A DNA stretch of 64,000 nucleotides from an uncultured Acidilobus sp. JCHS. Lineage in GTDB: Archaea; Thermoproteota; Thermoprotei_A; Sulfolobales; Acidilobaceae. Shown one piece after another: positions 10,351-19,530 of this stretch. Location of the stretch: positions 292,377 to 356,376 of the forward strand of contig AYMD01000001.1 in the NCBI GenBank assembly GCA_000495735.1, read 5' to 3'. How positions within the stretch are numbered: the first letter of the stretch is position 1; every line of letters begins with the position of its first letter. The notes below the pieces were generated by a model. It had not been told where the DNA came from. It saw only the letters and a list, made by a program, of their open reading frames with translations, and did no database searches. A program made the translations under genes and the position numbers.

Positions 10351-10681
10351 CCGACGCTATCCTCTTCACGGCCTCAATGACCGCCTGCACGGCCCTCTCG
10401 AAGTTCTTGTCGGCCCTCTCCTTCAGGTCCCTCTCGACCTCCTCAAGCCTCCTGGCCAGGTCCGCCTCTATCCTTGAGGCCTCAGCCTTGTAGAGCTCCT
10501 CGAGCTGCCTTGAGGCCTCAGAGGCTATCACGTCGGCCTCCTGGGAGAGCTGGGCCGCGATTGAGTCTGCCCTCTTAACCAGCTCAGCCTGGACTGACTT
10601 CACGTAGGACTCGGCCTCCCTTATCGACCTCTCAAGCTCTATGACGGCCTCTAGGAGCTTATTCACGGCCTCCTTTGACAT
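10343..10681 (-). CDS. A-type ATP synthase subunit H/G-like coiled-coil stalk protein
   Basis: 112-aa E/K/R/A-rich coiled coil ending FERAVQAVIEAV, overlapping the start of the subunit C-like gene. Confidence 0.55.
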   Translation of the reverse strand: MSKEAVNKLLEAVIELERSIREAESYVKSVQAELVKRADSIAAQLSQEADVIASEASRQLEELYKAEASRIEADLARRLEEVERDLKERADKNFERAVQAVIEAVKRIASGG

Positions 10682-10794
10682 ACCTCTCCTCTGGCCCTTG
10701 ACCAGGGCCCCTTTAAATCCCTTTCAAGAACCGTCGCAAGTACCCTCGCATAGTTCTAAAATCCTCGCCAGGCACTACCCTAGGGCGTCTGGTA

Positions 10795-11439
10795 GTGGAG
10801 CGCGTGCGGGTCATAGGGGACGAGGTGCCCTACGCCAGGTGGCTCCTGGCGAGGCTCCGCGACAGGTCAACGTCACCTGAGGAGTTCAGGAGGTACATGA
10901 GGGAGGCCGGCAGGCTGCTGGCCATCTACTCCTCCCGCGAGCTTGAGTGGGTAAAGGTGTCTGTAACCACCCCGCTCGGGGCCCAGGCCGAGGAGCTCGA
11001 GCTCGCCTCGCCTCCCCTCGTAGTAGGCGTCCTCGGGGCGGCCCTCCCGCTTGTTGAGGGCTACGCCGAGGTCTTCCCGTCCTCCAGGATAGGCCTCGTG
11101 GCGGCCAGGCGGCTGGAGAGCGAGGGAGAGGTCAGGGTGGAGCTCTACTACAGGAGGCTGCCGAGGGTCCACACGGGCTCGGCGGTCGTCCTAGACCCTA
11201 TGCTCGCTACGGGCAAGACCATTGACAGGGTCATCGAGGAGGTCAAGTCCATAGGGGCCGGGAAGGTGATAGTCGGCTCAGTGATAGCCTCAAGGCCGGG
11301 CCTGAGCTACATAGGCAGGAGGCACCCGGACGTCATGATTTACTCGCTCGCCGTCGACCCTGACCTGGACAGCCGCTTCTTCATAGTCCCAGGCCTTGGG
11401 GACGCGGGCGACAGGTCGCTGGGCGTCAGCCCCGACTAG
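10795..11439 (+). CDS. upp: Uracil phosphoribosyltransferase
   Basis: LRDRST, VLDPMLATG (PRPP-binding) and FIVPGLGDAGDR. Confidence 0.95.
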   Translation: MERVRVIGDEVPYARWLLARLRDRSTSPEEFRRYMREAGRLLAIYSSRELEWVKVSVTTPLGAQAEELELASPPLVVGVLGAALPLVEGYAEVFPSSRIGLVAARRLESEGEVRVELYYRRLPRVHTGSAVVLDPMLATGKTIDRVIEEVKSIGAGKVIVGSVIASRPGLSYIGRRHPDVMIYSLAVDPDLDSRFFIVPGLGDAGDRSLGVSPD

Positions 11440-12199
11440 CCCTCCTGCTGTTCAGGAACTCCTCTATCCTCCTGCTCACTGTAGGCCTCGCCGTGAACGC
11501 GGCCAGCGTCCTGAGGCCCTCGTCGCCTAGGAGCCTCAGCTTGGACTCGGCCATCAGCGCCCTTATCGCCTTGACGGCCTCGGGCTCGTTAGAGGCTATC
11601 TTGGCTGACGCCTCCTCGACCTTCCTCCTCAGCTTCTCAGCGTCTTCAACCACGTCATTTATCAGGCCATACCTCAGGGCCTCCTCAGCCGTTATCATCT
11701 CGCCCGTCAGCGCGAGGTAGGCCACTAGCTTAGGGTTGGCCAGGAAGACGCCAAGGGTCGGCGAGGCGGGCGGCACCATGCCGTACCTGACGGGGGGCAG
11801 GCCGAACTTAGCCCACTTGGTCGCGTAGGCCAGGTCGACGGCGTACAGCACCTCGAAGCCGGCCCCCAGGGCGTAGCCGTTGACGGCAGCTATGACGGGC
11901 TTCCTGCAGGCGTAGACGGCCCTGCAGAAGCCGCCGAGGCCCTCGTACATGAGCCTCCACGCCTCGTCGACGGTCGTGACCTTGGCGGTCTCCCTGAGGT
12001 CAACTCCCCCTATGAAGTACTTCTCGCCGGCCCCCGTTATCGCCACAGCGGCCGTGCGGTCGCTTGAGCACTCCTCGGTCAGGACCTTAATGAGCTCAAC
12101 GAAGTCGCTGTAGCCGAGGGCGTTGGCCGCCTCCTGCCTGTCAACTATGACCCAGGAAGTGTGCTCAGTTCTCTCAACCCTTATGGCCAAGTCGGTCAC
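11426..12199 (-). CDS. Enoyl-CoA hydratase/isomerase (crotonase) family
   Basis: FIGGVDL, KPVIAAVNGYALGAGFE, LTGEMITAEEALRYGLIN. Confidence 0.9.
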   Translation of the reverse strand: MTDLAIRVERTEHTSWVIVDRQEAANALGYSDFVELIKVLTEECSSDRTAAVAITGAGEKYFIGGVDLRETAKVTTVDEAWRLMYEGLGGFCRAVYACRKPVIAAVNGYALGAGFEVLYAVDLAYATKWAKFGLPPVRYGMVPPASPTLGVFLANPKLVAYLALTGEMITAEEALRYGLINDVVEDAEKLRRKVEEASAKIASNEPEAVKAIRALMAESKLRLLGDEGLRTLAAFTARPTVSRRIEEFLNSRRASRG

Positions 12200-12610
12200 C
12201 CCCGTCAGACTTCTTGGGGGGATATTAAAGCAAGCTAGTATGACCCCTTAGCCCTGTCCTTCATCGCTTCACGTTGCACGCCACTAGGCACGTGCTAGTG
12301 GGGCGGCCGTATCGCAGTTGAGGTCCTACCGTAACCATCGCGCGTAGCGCCTTAGGGTTAATGCTGAGGGCCCTCTTGTCGCTGCGAGCAGCAAGAGGCC
12401 CTCAGCTCCTGCTTCCCTGAGAAGCCGTTATCCTTATATGACAGCTAACGAGGCATAGACTAACGGCCCGCTACAGTCGTCACCATTGCCCGCGCGAAGA
12501 ATCCCCTGTAACAGGGCCTATAGGCGCCTCTTGGCCTATATATCTTTTCTCAGCAATTATAACGCGCAAGACTCAATAATCATTACTGTGCGTTTCATGA
12601 TTGTGAAAAC

Positions 12611-14122
12611 ATGAGAGCTCTTTCAGCCAAGGCTACGGCCATTATAGTAGTAATTGTTGTTGTTATCGCGGTGGCCGGCGCGGTCGCCTATTATATGATC
12701 AGTAAGAGGCCTACCACAACAACTTCGACGCCGATGACCACTACAACCACGTCGACTCAGGTCAGCACGCCAACAGGCGCCGTGACCCTGGTCGTGGCGA
12801 CCTACTCGGGGGCGCCGGCAGAGCCTATACTTAGGCTGGCCGCGTCTATCTTCGAGCAGGAGCACCCAGGCGTCACCGTTGACGTGGTCACGTTCCCCTA
12901 CGGCCAGTACATAAGCAACGAGCTGACGGCGCTCAGGGCGGCCGCGGCAGGGGGGAGCAACCAGTACGACGTAGTGACCTACACGACCACCACCGTCGGT
13001 CAGCTGGCCCCCTACCTGCTGCCCCTGAACTCCTCCGTCATAAACGAGACGGACATACTGCCGCCCGACCTCAAGGCCGCTGGGCTTTACCGGAACCCGC
13101 TCACGGGCAACGTAACATGGGTCGGGGTGCCTATACAGACTGACGGCATCGTTATACTCTATAACAAGAACCTGTTCAACAACATTACCCTTCAGCAGGA
13201 GTTCTACAGCGAGTACCACGTGCAGCTTGACCCGTGGACCTGGGGCAACTGGACCACTGTGCTCTATGTTGACCAGTTCTTCACATCGCACAACATAACG
13301 AAGTACGGGGTGCTCCTGCAGACCGTCCCAGGCAGCCTGCCGGAGAACTCCTTCATGTTGGTCTTTGGCTACTACTACGTGCACAACTCAACCCTGAACT
13401 GCGGCAACCCCTTCGGCGTCATTGGCTTCGGCACGCTCTACATGGGCTGTATACCGAGCGGCTGGAGGTTCCCTCCGCCCTCCTTCAACAACAGCGTGGG
13501 CGTTCAGGCCCTTGAGATGCTTAAGGAGCTGGTCAGCTATGAGCCTAACCCAGCTCAGCTCCAGGTGTCATTCGACAACTCGCTTCAGTTCCTCCTCACA
13601 GGCCAGGCCCCGGCCATAGCGGGCTACCTGGGCCAGCTGCCCAAGGTAGCTGGCACGCCCAACGCCAGCATGGTAGGAGTTGCCCCGCTGCCTGGGAACA
13701 CCATTAGGATAGGGCTAACCTACATAGGGGTCAGCAAGTACTCAGTCCACAAGAAGCTCGCCCTTGAGTTCCTCCAGCTGGTCGAGTCCCCTCAGTTCCA
13801 GGAGATAGCCTTCGTGCAGACCTACGTGTTCCCGTCCTCCAGGCAGGCCTACAAGCTGATACTGTCGAACAGCTCAATACCGCTCTACCTAAGGCAGTGG
13901 GCCCAGGCCGCCTTGGCTGCCGCCAACTCAACTGCTTACATGCCTCACTACTTCCCTGGGCTAACGGGGTCCGTCTATAACCAGGCCGGGAACTACCTGT
14001 ACGAGTACATAACGGGGAGCATATCGGACCCCATGCAGGCCCTCCAGGAGGCCGCTGCCACCCTGGCTAGGGCTGTGGAAACGTATTACAGCAGCTACAG
14101 CACAACCACGACTACCAGCTAG
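12611..14122 (+). CDS. Carbohydrate ABC transporter substrate-binding protein (orphan), Thr-rich linkers
   Basis: N-terminal TM anchor, T/S-rich linker, FEQEHPGVTVDVV, GVSKYS..K.LALEFLQ; close paralog of 42540-44093. Confidence 0.85.
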   Translation: MRALSAKATAIIVVIVVVIAVAGAVAYYMISKRPTTTTSTPMTTTTTSTQVSTPTGAVTLVVATYSGAPAEPILRLAASIFEQEHPGVTVDVVTFPYGQYISNELTALRAAAAGGSNQYDVVTYTTTTVGQLAPYLLPLNSSVINETDILPPDLKAAGLYRNPLTGNVTWVGVPIQTDGIVILYNKNLFNNITLQQEFYSEYHVQLDPWTWGNWTTVLYVDQFFTSHNITKYGVLLQTVPGSLPENSFMLVFGYYYVHNSTLNCGNPFGVIGFGTLYMGCIPSGWRFPPPSFNNSVGVQALEMLKELVSYEPNPAQLQVSFDNSLQFLLTGQAPAIAGYLGQLPKVAGTPNASMVGVAPLPGNTIRIGLTYIGVSKYSVHKKLALEFLQLVESPQFQEIAFVQTYVFPSSRQAYKLILSNSSIPLYLRQWAQAALAAANSTAYMPHYFPGLTGSVYNQAGNYLYEYITGSISDPMQALQEAAATLARAVETYYSSYSTTTTTS

Positions 14123-14131
14123 CCCTAGACG

Positions 14132-14515
14132 CTACTTATTTGGGACGTCTTTTTCCTCTTCTACTTTATTTGTCACTATGAATGCCCTTCTGTAGCCTGG
14201 CCCCTCAACTATCACAGCCCTCCTGGGCCTGGCCGCGTCTGCCGAGAGGTAGGCAGCGAAGACAAGGGCTAGGAGGACGCCGTAGTAGGCTATGGTGATG
14301 GCGAAGCCGGCCCTCAGCGACCAAGGCGGGTAAGCGGTGAGGAGCAGCGCCATTATGAGGAGGGAGGCCGCCAGGGCCGCGATAGCCCTGCCGCCCCCGA
14401 TGCTTGCACTGCCAAGCCTTGCTCTCCCCCTAATCACGACTTCCCCTGAGGGGGTCCTGATGACTACTTCCTCCCCTCTCACCTCATATGAGAGGGCGAG
14501 ACCCTCAGCCCTCAC
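14132..14515 (-). CDS. Hypothetical membrane protein
   Basis: Two hydrophobic segments; the likely start is GTG 14515 rather than 14632, which overlaps the next gene. Confidence 0.55.
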   Translation of the reverse strand: MRAEGLALSYEVRGEEVVIRTPSGEVVIRGRARLGSASIGGGRAIAALAASLLIMALLLTAYPPWSLRAGFAITIAYYGVLLALVFAAYLSADAARPRRAVIVEGPGYRRAFIVTNKVEEEKDVPNK

Positions 14516-14581
14516 GGCGCCCCCACGTCCTGGGGTCCACCTTTTTAAAGTCCTTAGCCCTTTCAAGGTCCTGGGGTAGGC

Positions 14582-16306
14582 TTGTCCACGGAGGCCGTCG
14601 TTAGGGCGGTGCTGGGCGCCGTCAGCGACCACAGGGCCATGAGGGTCCTGGCCTCGCTGACCTCATACAACAGGGTCCAGGGGACCATAGGGCTCGTCGA
14701 CGCGGCCAAGCACGTCCAAGAGGTGCTGCTTCAGGAGGCCGGCGACTCGCTTGAGGTGGAGCTGATAAAGTTCGGGGGGACCAACGTGCCCGAGTGGATG
14801 TCGGCGCCAACGGGCTGGGCCATACACGAGGCCTCGGTGAAGGTCGAGGGGGGGACCGAGCTCACCCTTGAGGCCCACCCGACCCTCGCAGCTGCCCACA
14901 CGCCGCCGAGCGGGGGAGAGGTGAGCGGGGAGCCCCTGATCGTTGACAGGGAGTGGTGGAGGCCTGAGTCGTACGCCAACGCCAAGGGCAAGGTAGTGGT
15001 GAGCCCTGGCAACCCGTACATAGTATACAGGCTGGCCTCTGAGGCCGGGGCAGTCGCGGTGGCGCTCTATGGCGAGTCCGCGCCCCCTGACGCTGTGCCC
15101 TACAAGGGTCTCTTCCTGAGCAGGAACGAGGCGGCCAACAGCACTGTCCCGGCCGTCTCAATACCCAGGTCGCTCCTGGGCCCGCTTAGGGAGGGCAGGA
15201 GGCTCACGGTAAGGGTGGACAGCGACGTCAGGAGGGACCCAGGGTTCCCGATAGTTGTGGCCTGGATAGGGGACAGGGACGGAAAGGGGCCCGCGGCCGT
15301 GGCCCACATATGCCACCCGACGCCGGGGGCCAACGACAACGGCAGCGGCTCAGCAGCCATCGCTGAGGCGGCCATAGCCCTCTCTAAGCTCATAGACAGG
15401 GGCGCCCTCGCTCAGCCGAGCTCGACCATAAGGTTCATATGGATACCCGAGTACACAGGGAGCTCGGTTGCCTTCACTAAGACCTTCAAGGGCCTCATAA
15501 CCCAGGTCCTGAACTTCGACATGGTTGGCGTCGAGCCGGGGAACGGCAACGGGCCCCTGAGGGTCGTAGCGAGCAGCCTCTCCGCCATAGGGGAGGCGGA
15601 CGCCGCCCTTGCGGAGGTCACGAACCTCGTCTCTGAGGCCCTGGGCTTCGAGGGCCACAGGCTGGTAGCTTATGACGGGGGCAGCGACCACGACGTTGCC
15701 ACGGCGCTCGGCATGCCGTCAGCCATGCTCAACGGCTGGCCCGACGTGAACTACCACACGGACCTCGACGACCTCGACAGGGTCTCGAGGAGGATGTTGA
15801 GGCTCTCCGCCTCTGTCGCGGCCGCGTCGGTCTATGCCCTGGCCTCCTCCCCACCTGACCCAAGGGCCTTCAGGTCCCAGCTTCTCAGCACAATAGCATC
15901 AAGGCACCTGCTCTCCGGCGACGAGGTGGCGGCCAGGCTAGCAAGGAGCCTTATGGCCAGGGCCATGGGCCTACAGGAGTCCTCAGGACCTCCTGAGGGC
16001 TGGCCGCCCAAGGTTGACGTTACCGTTAAGTCGAGGCCGCCAATGATAGAGGGGCTGAGGGCTATAGCCAGGAAGTCCCTTGACGCAGCCCTGAGGGTCG
16101 CCGGCATGATGGAAGCGGCGGGCCAGCAGGCCTACACTGTCTACCTGCTGGAGGGCGTGTTCCTGACCACGCCTGACAGGACGCTCGGGGAGGTGGCGTC
16201 ACTTCTCGCGGCTGAGTACGGGACCGCCGCGGTCTCGGTTGAGAGGCTGACGGAACTCTTCAGCCTGCTGGCAGACATAAAGATGGTCGAGCTGGCTGAG
16301 CGCTGA
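14582..16306 (+). CDS. M28-type aminopeptidase-like protein (DUF4910/PA domain)
   Basis: AHICHPTPGANDNGSG, IPEYTGS, NFDMVG, GSDH and YHTDLD zinc-peptidase motifs. Confidence 0.85.
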   Translation: MSTEAVVRAVLGAVSDHRAMRVLASLTSYNRVQGTIGLVDAAKHVQEVLLQEAGDSLEVELIKFGGTNVPEWMSAPTGWAIHEASVKVEGGTELTLEAHPTLAAAHTPPSGGEVSGEPLIVDREWWRPESYANAKGKVVVSPGNPYIVYRLASEAGAVAVALYGESAPPDAVPYKGLFLSRNEAANSTVPAVSIPRSLLGPLREGRRLTVRVDSDVRRDPGFPIVVAWIGDRDGKGPAAVAHICHPTPGANDNGSGSAAIAEAAIALSKLIDRGALAQPSSTIRFIWIPEYTGSSVAFTKTFKGLITQVLNFDMVGVEPGNGNGPLRVVASSLSAIGEADAALAEVTNLVSEALGFEGHRLVAYDGGSDHDVATALGMPSAMLNGWPDVNYHTDLDDLDRVSRRMLRLSASVAAASVYALASSPPDPRAFRSQLLSTIASRHLLSGDEVAARLARSLMARAMGLQESSGPPEGWPPKVDVTVKSRPPMIEGLRAIARKSLDAALRVAGMMEAAGQQAYTVYLLEGVFLTTPDRTLGEVASLLAAEYGTAAVSVERLTELFSLLADIKMVELAER

Positions 16307-16475
16307 GCCGGCGCTGTAGCTCTGCCATGTGAAAGGCCTACGTCGAAACGCTTGTTGGCTTCTCTTACAAGGTCAAGGATGATTGACAAGTAAGCGTCAA
16401 CCATCGATCGCCTCTGAACGCGCTCAGAGCTGGTAATCAAGGGGTCTTTATAGAGTACTACAAGCCAATTACAAG

Positions 16476-16544
16476 GGGCTGGGGCGATGATGTATTGCGT
16501 GGCAGCTGATCATGATGAACCCAGTCCAGGCTGAGCCCCAGCCC
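16476..16544 (+). ncRNA. Box C/D 2'-O-methylation guide sRNA
   Basis: Terminal stem GGGCTGGGGC 16476-85 / GCCCCAGCCC 16535-44; C ATGATGT 16487-93; D' CTGA 16506-09; C' ATGATGA 16512-18; D CTGA 16531-34; two 12-nt guides; TTTATA box at 16447-52. Confidence 0.85.
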
Positions 16545-16731
16545 TCTGTTTGAATAGCGGCCAGGACTCAAAAGCTTACTGCTAAGGCCTCATTCGTCGA
16601 GGCCTGAAAGAGGCCTTCGGGGTTTAGGCGTCCCTGGGCCTCGCGTCCACGTTAACAGTCGCAGGCCAGCATCTGGACTGAACGTTCAGCAAAGCGTTTT
16701 TGCCGCCCAGCCAAGGGTTACGTGACCTGAC

Positions 16732-17892
16732 TTGAGCTTCCCTGACAGGCTAATAATGACCCCTGGGCCCACAGAGGTCCCCTATGAGGTCATGGCGGCC
16801 ATGCTTACGCCAGAGACGAACTCTGACCTTGACCCTGAGTTCCTCAGCTTCTACAACGACCTCAGGTCGAGGGCTGCCAGGCTCTTCGGCGCCTCTAGGT
16901 CAAGGGTCTACCTGATGATAGGGGAGGCCATGCTTGGCCTGGAAGCAGCTGTAGCTAACTTAGTAAGCAGGGGGGACAGGGTGATAGTCATCGATAACGG
17001 CGTCTACGGCGACTCCTTCGCAGACCTGGTCAGGTGGTACGCCGGAGTCCCGGTCAAGCTGGGGGCCAACTGGAGGAGGGCTGTCGACCTGGGCCAGCTC
17101 GAGAGGACCATAGAGAAGAACAGGGAAGCCGTTGCCGTCACTGTCGTGCACTGCGACACCCCCTCAGCCCTCCTCAACAACCTGGCGGGGGTGGCCAAGG
17201 TGGCCAAGTCCTATGGGCTTCTCGTCATAGCTGACGTAGTCTCGACCCTTGGGGCTATGCCCCTTGACGTTGACAACTGGGGAGTTGACATAGCTATAGG
17301 GGGAAGCCAGAAGGCCCTCAACGCGCCTGCCGGGGTGACCCTTATGAGCATCAGCGAGGCCGCCATGGAGAGGGCCAGGAGGGTCAGCTATCAGGGCTAC
17401 TACATGAGCCTCCTTCAGTGGGAGTCATGGCTTGACGGGAAGGGGGTGTTCCCCTACACCATGAGCGAGCCCCTCCTCCACGCCATCTCGAGGTCCATAG
17501 ACCTCATACTCTCTGAGGGCCTTGAGGGCGTTTACAGGAGGCACCTGGCGGCGAGGGCAGCCGCCTGGAAAGCTGTTGACGCCCTGGGCCTGGCCCACTA
17601 CCCTGACATAATAGAGCACAGCTGCCCCACGGTCACAGCCATGGAGGTCCCCAAGGGAGTTGATGAGGCCAAGGTCAGGGAGCTGACGTGGAGGAGGTAC
17701 AACACGATGATAGCCAGCAGCTGGGGACCCCTGCAGGGCAAGGTGATAAGGGTCGGCCACATGGGCGTCCAGGCCTCACCTGAGAAGCTGGCCAGGGCCT
17801 TCTGGGCCCTTGGCTCAGCCCTCAGGGATCTGGGCCTTAAAGTGAGCCCCGAGGAGGCATCGGCTGCAGCCCTAGAGGGCTTCAGGTACTGA
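16732..17892 (+). CDS. Class V PLP aminotransferase (alanine-glyoxylate/serine-pyruvate type)
   Basis: MTPGPTEVP, VVHCDTPS, ADVVSTLG, GGSQKAL (PLP lysine), IRVGHMG. Confidence 0.9.
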   Translation: MSFPDRLIMTPGPTEVPYEVMAAMLTPETNSDLDPEFLSFYNDLRSRAARLFGASRSRVYLMIGEAMLGLEAAVANLVSRGDRVIVIDNGVYGDSFADLVRWYAGVPVKLGANWRRAVDLGQLERTIEKNREAVAVTVVHCDTPSALLNNLAGVAKVAKSYGLLVIADVVSTLGAMPLDVDNWGVDIAIGGSQKALNAPAGVTLMSISEAAMERARRVSYQGYYMSLLQWESWLDGKGVFPYTMSEPLLHAISRSIDLILSEGLEGVYRRHLAARAAAWKAVDALGLAHYPDIIEHSCPTVTAMEVPKGVDEAKVRELTWRRYNTMIASSWGPLQGKVIRVGHMGVQASPEKLARAFWALGSALRDLGLKVSPEEASAAALEGFRY

Positions 17893-17945
17893 ACGTTCAA
17901 CAGGGCCCTTTTCCCACGCCTGAAGGCCTCAGGCTAGGGCTCGCC

Positions 17946-19123
17946 TTGAGGGGAGGCGGAAGGCTCATAGCGGTCTCAATGACGGTCTCAATGATAGCCT
18001 ACGGCATGGTCCTGGGCCTGATCCCTGACGTGGCCAATATAGTCCTCGGCTCCCCAGTGGGCAGTTATAACGATGTTCCTGACGATACCAGTTGGGACCC
18101 TCGCCGGCAACGCGGTAATAGGCAGGCTTACGGACATCATAGGCAGGAAGCCCTCGTTCATGGTGACCCTGGCCCTTTACGGCCTCAGCTCCTTCGTTGC
18201 CCTCTTGTCGCTCAGGTTCGAGTGGCCCCTCTACGTCCTCTTGGCCAGCCTCGCGGTCACCCAGGTGGGCCTGGGAGGCGAGATGCCAGCGGTGCTGGCC
18301 TACCTGGCGGAGGTCTTCAGGGGCTGGCGCAGGGCCGCGGCCCTGATACTCATAACTGACGTAGCCAACCTGGGGGTCCTGATAGACAGCCTCGCCATGA
18401 TGTTCTACCAGAGCAGCGTGATACCTGTGAGCAGCGCCGTCTATGCACTAGCCCTAGCGCTCATAGCCATCGTGGCGGTAATACTTGTCACAAGGTTCAT
18501 GCTCCCAGAGTCGCCTGAGTGGGAGTCAGTGCCTGCCACTGAGAGGGGGAAGATCACGAGGCCCGGCGAGAGGCCTGGGCTCGCCTTCAGGGTGGCCGTG
18601 CTAACCTCGCTCGTAATAGCTACAGCCCTGACCTACGCCTTCCTGGCGCTAACAATAGGGCCCTACCTGTTCCCCAACAGGACCGGCCTCCTGCTCGTGA
18701 TCTACAACGTTGGCGAGCTCATAGGGGGCCCCATCGCGCTGGCCCTGCTTAAGCCCTTGGGGAGCAGGGGCCTCACAGCGCTAAGCTACGTGGGAGGCAT
18801 TCTGACCATGGCTTTGGCAGCGTCGCCCTGGGCTACATGGCCCATAGCTTCACGTTCTTCGGCTACCTCCTGCTCGTCAACGGGGTCTTCGGCGAGATGG
18901 CCTGGGCCGCCAGGGTCGTCCTTGAGCCCCTGGCCTTCCCAGTTGGCTACAGGGGCACGGCGATAGCCATAGTCAGGGTGTCCCGTACGCCCTCTATGCG
19001 GCCTCCGTCTTCTACCTGGCGGGCTTCACGCAGCTCCAGTACATGGTCTACAATGTGGGCCTCTGGGGCGTGGGGGCAGTGGCGTCGATAGCCTGGTACC
19101 TCAGGGGGCCTGAGGTCAGCTGA
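17946..19123 (+). pseudogene. MFS transporter broken by three -1 frameshifts (or an intact gene with sequencing errors)
   Basis: GRLTDIIGRK motif A and YLAEVF. Three frames join into one hydrophobic MFS protein if one C is restored at each of 18052-55, 18826-28 and 18982-84; stop TGA at 19121-23. Confidence 0.75.
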
Positions 19124-19152
19124 GGCTTATTAAGCTGCTGAGAAGGTCTAAC

Positions 19153-19239
19153 CCTGCGATGAAGAGGATGCACCTCTGGTGAGCGCGGGGCCGCGATGAC
19201 CGGAGCACGAGCTGCCTGAGCTCAGCGTCCTCGCGCAGG
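19153..19239 (+). ncRNA. Box C/D double-guide sRNA targeting 16S rRNA helix 34
   Basis: C ATGAAGA 19159-65; D' GTGA 19179-82; C' GCGATGA 19193-99; D CTGA 19216-19. Guides ATGCACCTCT and GCACGAGCTG complement the conserved archaeal 16S segments GGAGGUGCAU and CAGCUCGUGC. CCTGCG/CGCAGG ends; TTATTAAG box upstream. Confidence 0.8.
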
Positions 19240-19530
19240 TCCTGCCATAGTTGATCACCCAGGGCGCGGCCTCAGGGTCACTTGGCCGGGGAGGACTAGG
19301 GCGCCATCGCATCAGGACGACTCCCCCTATGTCCCTATAACGCTGGCACTGCACACGCTAAGGGACTTTATGCTGGCCGCGTCCCAGATAGCCAGGGCGC
19401 TCAAGGCGTGCCAGCCAGGAAGGTCGTATCGCCCTTCAGGCCAAGCTGGCTCGTCAAAGGGCCTTTTGAACTGCCATAATCTCTTCCAGGTCACAGGCAG
19501 GCCCTTCAAAGGCTGTCGGCAAACAACGCT

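Noticed and set aside
12710-12770. Poly-Thr coding tracts (also near 21550-21640 and 43900-43980) as DNA tandem repeats
   Set aside because: Codons vary; these are ordinary Thr/Ser-rich linkers of surface proteins
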